In this document: in pieces, positions 57,607-64,000 of the stretch
Position numbering within the stretch: position 1 is the first letter of the stretch
How the letters are laid out: each line of letters starts with the position of its first letter
NCBI GenBank assembly: GCA_003484955.1
Contig: DMZH01000003.1
Span: 112,387 to 176,386, forward strand
Source: Candidatus Woesebacteria bacterium
Lineage (GTDB): Bacteria; Patescibacteriota; Microgenomatia; UBA8517
DNA length: 64,000 bases
Direction of reading: 5' to 3'
The notes under the pieces: model-generated
What the model was told of the DNA's origin: nothing
The model's database searches: none
Seen by the model: only the letters and a program-made list of their open reading frames with translations
Program-made: the position numbers and the translations under genes

Positions 57607-60207
57607 CTAGTATAGCCCAATAATGAGCCATGTCAAGATGATCACCCCTAGAGCCAACCCTCCCCACTCGAGAACTTGGGGCCAGTAAAGTAAATAAACA
57701 GTAATAGGTGAGGCTGAATCAGATTGAACCTGCCACCCGTTGGCCCAAGAGTTGACTTTTACATGCTCCGCAACCTTTAATCTATAATCCTTGATTTCAA
57801 ATCCGATCCAACCGTTCTCATAGCCCTGACCAAGCTGCAGTAAACCTGAACCTTCAAGATTGACTTTATAGGCCCAAGTTCCGTATTTTTGTACACCATC
57901 GATCTGTAAATTATTTGAAACTGTCCCCGGCTGAGTACGCATTGCATTCAACTCGTAAAACGTTATTCCACTAACCAAATTTTCAGACTTCATCTTTCCG
58001 AACGATCGTGTTTCAACATTTAAAGTGTAGCCATATCCCAAATCCTCTGAACTTCCCGTGGGTAAAACTACGTAAGTTTTATCAAAGGAACCTTCCGGAA
58101 GAAGTTCATCCATGTAAATTTTTTCTTCTTTTACGTTATAAAGGTAAAGTCTTAAAGACCTGCCGCTAAGATTTATCCCGGAAATATGCATTGCATAGGC
58201 CTTAGAGTAATCCAAAGTCGGATAGTAAAAATAATCACAAGAAACACCGTCGCCGTCTGCGGCATAATAATTCCCTCCGTTTTGTTTTCTTTTGACAACG
58301 TTTCCTCTTTTATCAAGATTGCAGTTTTTCGCTTCTTTGTAGCCTTGATTTTCAGGAAAAGTTTCGTTTACGACTAAAGTGCCCGTTTGTCCAATTTGAT
58401 AAACCGGTTCACTGTAGTTGATTTGAGGAGCACCAATAAAATTATTGATTTCAGGAAGGTTCACCTTGTAAATTGTTATCTTACCAAAAGTTCTATCTTT
58501 TGAAATTAAACTTGAAGACTCCAAAAAGGCCTTTTGTTTTTGCAGGTCGGTGGTGGAGCTCGAATCACCCAGTTTAAATATTGATTCATCAAAAACCAGG
58601 TAACTAACCTGGTACTTACCCAAGACCCCCTCTAAATCGGATACACTGCCCCAGGAGATAACGTAGTTGGCCTCGTCATAAAACTGTTCATTATAGGGAC
58701 TCCAAACATCAAATGCCCTATCAAGTACTGGTTGGGACACGCCATACCACAAAAAACCACTACCCCGGTATCCCCAATCGTTAAATTTCCAACCCCAGAA
58801 ATCCGTCAAAGGAAAATTTGCAATTCTTTTTGTAGAATCCTGTGACTTAAAATAATTTACTGTTTCCAGGTAGTAGGATGGTAAAATTACCTTCATGTTT
58901 TGGGCAATTAGTTTCCCCTGAAAAACAGGCAGTACGGTAAAGACGCTTCCTCCAATTAGCAACCCTGAAATAACCACTCCCGAGATGTATTTAAGTTTAT
59001 TTTTGATAATTCCGGAAACCACATAAACAAAAAATCCAAGTCCGGTGGCGTAAATTAAAGCAGCCGCATTTGCCCATTTTGTGAACACATTTCTAAATAT
59101 TTCGGAGAAAAATGGAATCCAAGGTATGGCTCCCCCTGAAAGCATAAAGTATGAAATTCCCAAAAGAACAATAAACGAAACTCCGAAAGCATTTTTGGAT
59201 TTAAATAAAATTATAGCCAAGCCCACGGCCGAAACAACAAATAAAGCAATGGAGATTTTATCAACGTTCAAGTTTTGACCGTAAGAAATCCAGTCCTTGT
59301 ACAAATAATCGTATTCACCCGATAAATCCCAATCATAGTAATCAAACCAATACCCTTTTAAAGTTGCTATGTCGGAAAAACTTGATCTTGCCTGGTTCAT
59401 CAACTGTGTTTCGGGAGTGGCAATTGAGTTAATATGCGATCCCACAGAAATTTGCGGACTTGTAACGGTAAAGTAAAGTGCCGGGGCAAGCCAAAAGGCA
59501 TTTATAAAAATCGTAACCAGAGCCAATTTTATCGACCGCGAAATCCCCGCTTTCCCATTCCTGATTATTCCCTCAAGGGCAAAAATCAGAAGAAAAATCG
59601 CGTAAACAATAAACATTGTTTGGACATAAAAAGCACCGGTAGCAAGGAGTGAGATAGCGGAAAAAATAACAAGGTCACGCTTCCTTCCGTTTTTTAGGAA
59701 AAGGGTTGCAAAGAAAAGTAACCAAGGGAAAAAACCATAAAAGCAAATAAATGTTTCGAAAGGAGTAAAAAAGGTCTGAACTGTGGCTAAATTAAAGATG
59801 TAGAAAATTGCAGAAACAAAGCCTGAAAGGTTTGCCAAAAACCTATTCTTTTTTCCGATTAAACCTCTGGATACCAAAAAATATACACCCAGAGGGCCAA
59901 CCAAAAACATTAAAAACGTCCAGAAATATCTCAAAAAAGACGTCGGCAAAATTAGCGACGCCACCCCCAAAATCAGTTGTCTGGGCAAGTCCGCCGCATG
60001 TGCCATTCCACCAAGGAGTCCAAGCCCCTGATATTCCTGCCAGACTGCTGACAAGGATCTGGTAATGTTAAGTTTTAAATTAAGCTCCGGCACCAGGTTG
60101 TCCCAACCCAAAAGCCAGGTACCCGGCGTGTAGTTTCGGAAAGCGATAAAAAGGGTCAACCCAAGGATAAGAAGCGGAAAAAACCAATTCTTAAAAAGCT
60201 TGCGCAT
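57607..60207 (-). CDS. Large multi-TM protein, probable GT-C-fold glycosyltransferase
   Basis: 'GWD' after TM1, many TMs, large extracellular region, 'ANGW' before the last TM; coupled to a GT4 gene. Confidence 0.6.
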   Translation of the reverse strand: MRKLFKNWFFPLLILGLTLFIAFRNYTPGTWLLGWDNLVPELNLKLNITRSLSAVWQEYQGLGLLGGMAHAADLPRQLILGVASLILPTSFLRYFWTFLMFLVGPLGVYFLVSRGLIGKKNRFLANLSGFVSAIFYIFNLATVQTFFTPFETFICFYGFFPWLLFFATLFLKNGRKRDLVIFSAISLLATGAFYVQTMFIVYAIFLLIFALEGIIRNGKAGISRSIKLALVTIFINAFWLAPALYFTVTSPQISVGSHINSIATPETQLMNQARSSFSDIATLKGYWFDYYDWDLSGEYDYLYKDWISYGQNLNVDKISIALFVVSAVGLAIILFKSKNAFGVSFIVLLGISYFMLSGGAIPWIPFFSEIFRNVFTKWANAAALIYATGLGFFVYVVSGIIKNKLKYISGVVISGLLIGGSVFTVLPVFQGKLIAQNMKVILPSYYLETVNYFKSQDSTKRIANFPLTDFWGWKFNDWGYRGSGFLWYGVSQPVLDRAFDVWSPYNEQFYDEANYVISWGSVSDLEGVLGKYQVSYLVFDESIFKLGDSSSTTDLQKQKAFLESSSLISKDRTFGKITIYKVNLPEINNFIGAPQINYSEPVYQIGQTGTLVVNETFPENQGYKEAKNCNLDKRGNVVKRKQNGGNYYAADGDGVSCDYFYYPTLDYSKAYAMHISGINLSGRSLRLYLYNVKEEKIYMDELLPEGSFDKTYVVLPTGSSEDLGYGYTLNVETRSFGKMKSENLVSGITFYELNAMRTQPGTVSNNLQIDGVQKYGTWAYKVNLEGSGLLQLGQGYENGWIGFEIKDYRLKVAEHVKVNSWANGWQVQSDSASPITVYLLYWPQVLEWGGLALGVIILTWLIIGLY

Positions 60208-61450
60208 AACTAAGTTTAGGATTGATTGAGGTTTCTGGCAAGCTTTCTGCTAAATACATTGCTGCTGCGTTCTTCCAGGATCTTCCCTGAACTTGAGGCG
60301 ACATTGTCGCATTAAAGGCTAAATTTTTTCTCAAAGAATAGCGAAAATTTTTGTAGTTCAATAAAAAGGTTCTACCCTCTGCTTCGTTTTTACTAATATT
60401 TTCCGAAAAAGCTTTTGAGACCAGATAGGGTTTGTCATATCCAAGACATAATGAGAAAGCTCCTGAGGCAGACATCTTTGTTCTGTATGGAAAAACAAAC
60501 AGATCCGCAGCGGCAAAAACTTTCCTCACATCATTTTCCGGTACAAAACCCGTACAAATGATGTTTCCATTCGCCTCTTTTATTACTTTTTGAAGCTTCC
60601 TGTGGTATTTTTGATAAGCCAAAGTTCCCTTTAAAGTCGGACTTTCCCCACCCGCTACCAGAAGTCTTACATTCGAAGTTGGGTTCTCTCTTGCAAATTT
60701 GGCAAAATTTTCAATTAGCCAATCAGTACCTTTGTACCAGGAACAATATCCGAAAATACTCACAAGTTTAGTTCCGTGTTTTACCCCAAAATATCTCCTG
60801 GAACTTTTGGTAAAATTGCTGCTGATTTTCTTCTCCATAGTTATCCCGTGAGGAATGATTTTAACCTTTCTTTCGTCAACAAACTCTGAAATTCTTTTAG
60901 CTAAAATGTCATCGTGGACAAAAATCTTATCGGCTAAAACTCCGCATGATTTGTAAAAAACCCTAAGTAACAAGTTCAATATTTTGACTTTGATTCCATT
61001 TTTCTTAATTGCCAAGTGCCCCGAAAGAACATTTATGTTGGTTACAACCTGATGAAACATGATTTTTGTGCTTTTACCCATAATCCTAAAGGATAAAATA
61101 AGTGCCATAATCTGTGGAATAATAATTTTTCCCCCAAAAATACTAAACTCAAACTGGATCATAATATTGCTAATTGCATCAAAATCGAGGGTTTTTTGTA
61201 AAATATTTTTAAAAAATACAGGCGAATCTAGCCTGTATGTAGGCATAACAAGAATATTGGGAGCTTCCAAATATGGCTTTTTAAATTTCCCAATTTCACA
61301 AAAAACTACAATCTTTTGAGTTTTGGGGAAATTCTTTGTAAGAAGATAGGTGTATCTGGAAATTGCATTTCCACTGGCGACCTCCCCGCCATGAGCGGGG
61401 TATGACGAAATAATCCCAAGTGTGTTGGGCGAATTAAAAGATTTATACAT
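60191..61450 (-). CDS. GT4-family glycosyltransferase
   Basis: IIPHG, FGYCSWYKG, AADLFVFPY, SASGA. Confidence 0.85.
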   Translation of the reverse strand: MYKSFNSPNTLGIISSYPAHGGEVASGNAISRYTYLLTKNFPKTQKIVVFCEIGKFKKPYLEAPNILVMPTYRLDSPVFFKNILQKTLDFDAISNIMIQFEFSIFGGKIIIPQIMALILSFRIMGKSTKIMFHQVVTNINVLSGHLAIKKNGIKVKILNLLLRVFYKSCGVLADKIFVHDDILAKRISEFVDERKVKIIPHGITMEKKISSNFTKSSRRYFGVKHGTKLVSIFGYCSWYKGTDWLIENFAKFARENPTSNVRLLVAGGESPTLKGTLAYQKYHRKLQKVIKEANGNIICTGFVPENDVRKVFAAADLFVFPYRTKMSASGAFSLCLGYDKPYLVSKAFSENISKNEAEGRTFLLNYKNFRYSLRKNLAFNATMSPQVQGRSWKNAAAMYLAESLPETSINPKLSYAQAF

Positions 61451-61567
61451 TTAAATGATTGATAAATCCCAAAAATATTAACTTTGGGGACTTAAAAAAT
61501 CTGGCAAGCTCTTGCTTTGATAACCCGAAGGTTAAAAAAGTAGTGTGCTTGCCGATTGTAATCGAGG

Positions 61568-62587
61568 CTATTGCTTGGCAACCCAGGCATCAATTTGAGC
61601 CTGATTCCAGGTAGCAGGCATAAGCCAGGCTTCGATCACCTTAAAGGTGACGTTATCCTTAGCATCCTGCCATTTAGCCCAAGATCCATCGATCTTGGCT
61701 GCAGTCCAACACTTCTCGGCGCCAATAGAAGCGTCGAAAGTTTTATTACCGGAATCGTAAATTCCAGTAACATTGATCCGCGACGGATCAGTAAAATTGC
61801 AGTTGTTTGGCAAGACCGCGCCAACCTTGTCACCAGACTTAAACTCAAGCATATTGCCCGAGCTCAGATGAACGAAGATCGGCCAGTCATAACCGTTTTG
61901 CTGCATATTCTGACGCTTGGCGTCAACGAACTCTCCAGCAATAGGCGCTTTTGCGGTTGAGAAATCTTCCATATTCCAGTTGCTTGGGTATGCCCATGCA
62001 CTGAATTCTTTCGCGCGGAAGACCCCATCGGCATCTAAATATAGCTTATCGCCGGGTATTAAAATCCAGATGTGATGCTCTTGATTAAGAATCTTGCGAC
62101 CCTCGACAAGCACCGGGCATCCGGAAAGGTCTACGTCGGCTTTCAACTCCGGATGAGTTACATCACCGGCGACGCGCGACGCGTGACTGGGATCGAATTC
62201 CCAATCGGTTCCTGTTAACTGCTTAACCGTAAGCTGCACGCCGAAGCGGGCATTCTCGGGAAAGCTGTCCAGGATACAAGTTGCAGCGACTACTGATACA
62301 GATGTTCCCGCAGTTGCAGGAACAGGTTGTACTGCTGACTGAGCCTGGGCAATTTGATTCGCCACAGCCTTGTCGACAACCGCTTTGAAAGCGGGATCGG
62401 CCGGATCCATTGCTGGACCAGTGTCACCCTTTGGGCCTTGCGGACCAGCCACTGCTGCCTGGTTTTTAATTTCAGAAAGCGTGCTCATCGCATTCGCGAT
62501 CTGAGGACCGGGCCACACAAACCATACAAACGCAAACACTGCCAATACAACTATTACAGACAAGATTAACCACAAAATTTTTTTCAT
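61568..62587 (-). CDS. Membrane-anchored protein with a short collagen-like segment
   Basis: SD GGAGG; N-terminal TM; GPQGPKGDTGP; Ala/Gln linker; Trp/Cys-containing globular part. Confidence 0.8.
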   Translation of the reverse strand: MKKILWLILSVIVVLAVFAFVWFVWPGPQIANAMSTLSEIKNQAAVAGPQGPKGDTGPAMDPADPAFKAVVDKAVANQIAQAQSAVQPVPATAGTSVSVVAATCILDSFPENARFGVQLTVKQLTGTDWEFDPSHASRVAGDVTHPELKADVDLSGCPVLVEGRKILNQEHHIWILIPGDKLYLDADGVFRAKEFSAWAYPSNWNMEDFSTAKAPIAGEFVDAKRQNMQQNGYDWPIFVHLSSGNMLEFKSGDKVGAVLPNNCNFTDPSRINVTGIYDSGNKTFDASIGAEKCWTAAKIDGSWAKWQDAKDNVTFKVIEAWLMPATWNQAQIDAWVAKQ

Positions 62588-62589
62588 TT

Positions 62590-62820
62590 CACACCTCCTA
62601 TGTGTGATTTTTGAAAAAATACAGATTATTCTCTGGCCAGAGAACCCGTCTAGCGACGAGGGTCTGAAAACTAATGAAGGAAAAACAAAAAACTTACGCC
62701 TTTAATTTTCAGAATCTCGCCGCCATGAATTTCTAACCAGAATTTGCCTCGATTTGTTAAAGAACCCTTCGATTCTACCCGAGGTTAAACCTCGCAAAAG
62801 AGGTTGCCCGAGTTTCGAAG
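62590..62820 (-). ncRNA. Candidate structured 5' leader RNA
   Basis: Long stem 62653-62674 with 62702-62723 whose mismatches are G.U on the minus strand; 16-bp palindrome 62629-62644; alternative hairpins at 62780-62805. Confidence 0.45.
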
Positions 62821-62824
62821 ATTG

Positions 62825-62869
62825 AAAATAGTTAGCTGTCTCGAAAAGTGTTTGCGGAACAGTTAACTA
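62825..62869 (-). terminator. Putative intrinsic terminator of the sortase operon
   Basis: TAGTTAACTGT...ACAGCTAACTA followed by TTTT, just after the stop at 62877. Confidence 0.45.
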
Positions 62870-62876
62870 CCCTCAA

Positions 62877-63113
62877 TTACTCAGTTTTTTTGAGTTTTCT
62901 TGAAAAATATGTAATAACGCCTGAGGCGCCAAGAAAACCTGAAGCAATAAGAGGAATGTTATCGGCAATACCTGTTTCAACCGGAGTGTGAACTCCACAA
63001 ACAACTCCGCCCCCGTAGGATTGGGTGCAGATGGTTTCCTGCCCCTCCGCCAAGACTTTACCCGGCAGAAAGACAAACGCTAAAGCAATTAAACCTAAAA
63101 TTAGCTTTTTCAT
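62877..63113 (-). CDS. Tiny secreted sortase-substrate-like protein (78 aa)
   Basis: MKKLIL signal peptide, a Cys pair, PVETG, hydrophobic stretch, RKLKK tail; directly downstream of the sortase. Confidence 0.7.
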   Translation of the reverse strand: MKKLILGLIALAFVFLPGKVLAEGQETICTQSYGGGVVCGVHTPVETGIADNIPLIASGFLGASGVITYFSRKLKKTE

Positions 63114-63171
63114 TAGGGTTGAAGTGTATATCATAATTTCCCATTTGTCAACATTATAGGTATTCTTCATG

Positions 63172-63954
63172 TTAGGAAATGAGTCTGGCATATACAAATA
63201 TTCTCTCCGGCCCACTCAGATTGATACAGGTATAAAGGATGAGATCGGCCGAGTAGTCAGTAATTTCCTCACCATTTTCTGTTTTATAAACGCCGTATTT
63301 GTACTCCCTTTGTTGCCAATCGATCGTAATTATATCCCCCACTTTGACTTTAGGAAGATTGTAAAAAGAGTTCTTACGCCTGAATGTGTTGGTCCAGGCT
63401 AAGTATCCATATCTGTGAGCAGCCAAAATAATAGGTGCCCCCGTTTCGTCCGGTTCACCAAAATTGGAAACCCTCCAAACTCCCTTTTTAAGAGCCGCCT
63501 CATAATTGTCATAGGTTGCTTCCTCGATATCCGTATCCACCCCAATTGAAGGAATGAATATACGGTTGGTTTTGGGAAGAGCTGGGTCAAACGCCGGCAA
63601 AGGTCGCACTGTAGCACCCTGACCCTCATTGGTAAGTTCCTGGACTTCGTTTCCGGAAAGTTTATAGTTGCTGGCTCCCCAACTCCAAACAGATTTGGCT
63701 AAGGAGGCAGCACCGGGAGTGAAATAAATTGCCAAAATAGCGATTCCGATTACGGCCAAAATTTTTGCCAATTTTAAAGAAAAACGGCCGGGACGTGATA
63801 CAGTCCGACTTTCTTCAGCCACAAAAGAAGAAACCTTTTCCAAGGCTAGACCATCAAGGAAATTGATTTTCACGCTTTCTTTCAATCCACCGTCTTCGTT
63901 TGGATTGTGGTCCAGACCTGCGTTATAGACCTGATAAATGATTACTTCTGTCAT
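63172..63954 (-). CDS. Sortase
   Basis: TM anchor, 'RIFIPSIGVD', His in AAHRYG, LYTC, Arg in PERIFV. Confidence 0.88.
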   Translation of the reverse strand: MTEVIIYQVYNAGLDHNPNEDGGLKESVKINFLDGLALEKVSSFVAEESRTVSRPGRFSLKLAKILAVIGIAILAIYFTPGAASLAKSVWSWGASNYKLSGNEVQELTNEGQGATVRPLPAFDPALPKTNRIFIPSIGVDTDIEEATYDNYEAALKKGVWRVSNFGEPDETGAPIILAAHRYGYLAWTNTFRRKNSFYNLPKVKVGDIITIDWQQREYKYGVYKTENGEEITDYSADLILYTCINLSGPERIFVYARLIS

Positions 63955-64000
63955 ATTGTGACAATATTATAGGCTTATTGGAGGTAAAAAACAAGTTTTC

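Overview
A 64-kb chromosomal segment that looks like a Patescibacteria (CPR), probably Microgenomates-type, bacterium. This is inferred from gene content: a lower mevalonate operon with uppS, comEA plus a split comEC, a sortase, giant Ser/Thr/Gly-rich surface proteins and mostly SD-less genes. Positions 1-21.7 kb and 55-64 kb are largely housekeeping or envelope genes (mvk x2, mvaD, idi, uppS, ECF sigma, mreB, ndk, argS, leuS, rho, LysM-M23, glycosyltransferases). Three tRNAs lie at 12.4-12.6 kb and 54.9 kb. The middle (22-55 kb) is a cell-surface region holding a WxL/DUF916-like cluster and two converging giant fibre loci. Fibre locus 1 is a ~2300-aa membrane-anchored, tail-fibre-like protein with an S74-type chaperone motif. 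Its cytoplasmic N-terminus and the overlapping upstream gene consist of Xer/integrase DNA-binding (SAM-like) domains with no catalytic domain, and dif-like sequences lie directly upstream. Fibre locus 2 is a 15.5-kb operon headed by an excisionase/BldC-like HTH-membrane-Cache protein. It is bracketed at both ends by the same phased 10-bp GTTTTTACAA repeats, including a 13-bp terminal inverted repeat. No CRISPR array, rRNA, transposase or phage structural module was seen. All family assignments come from motif recognition by eye, not database searches.
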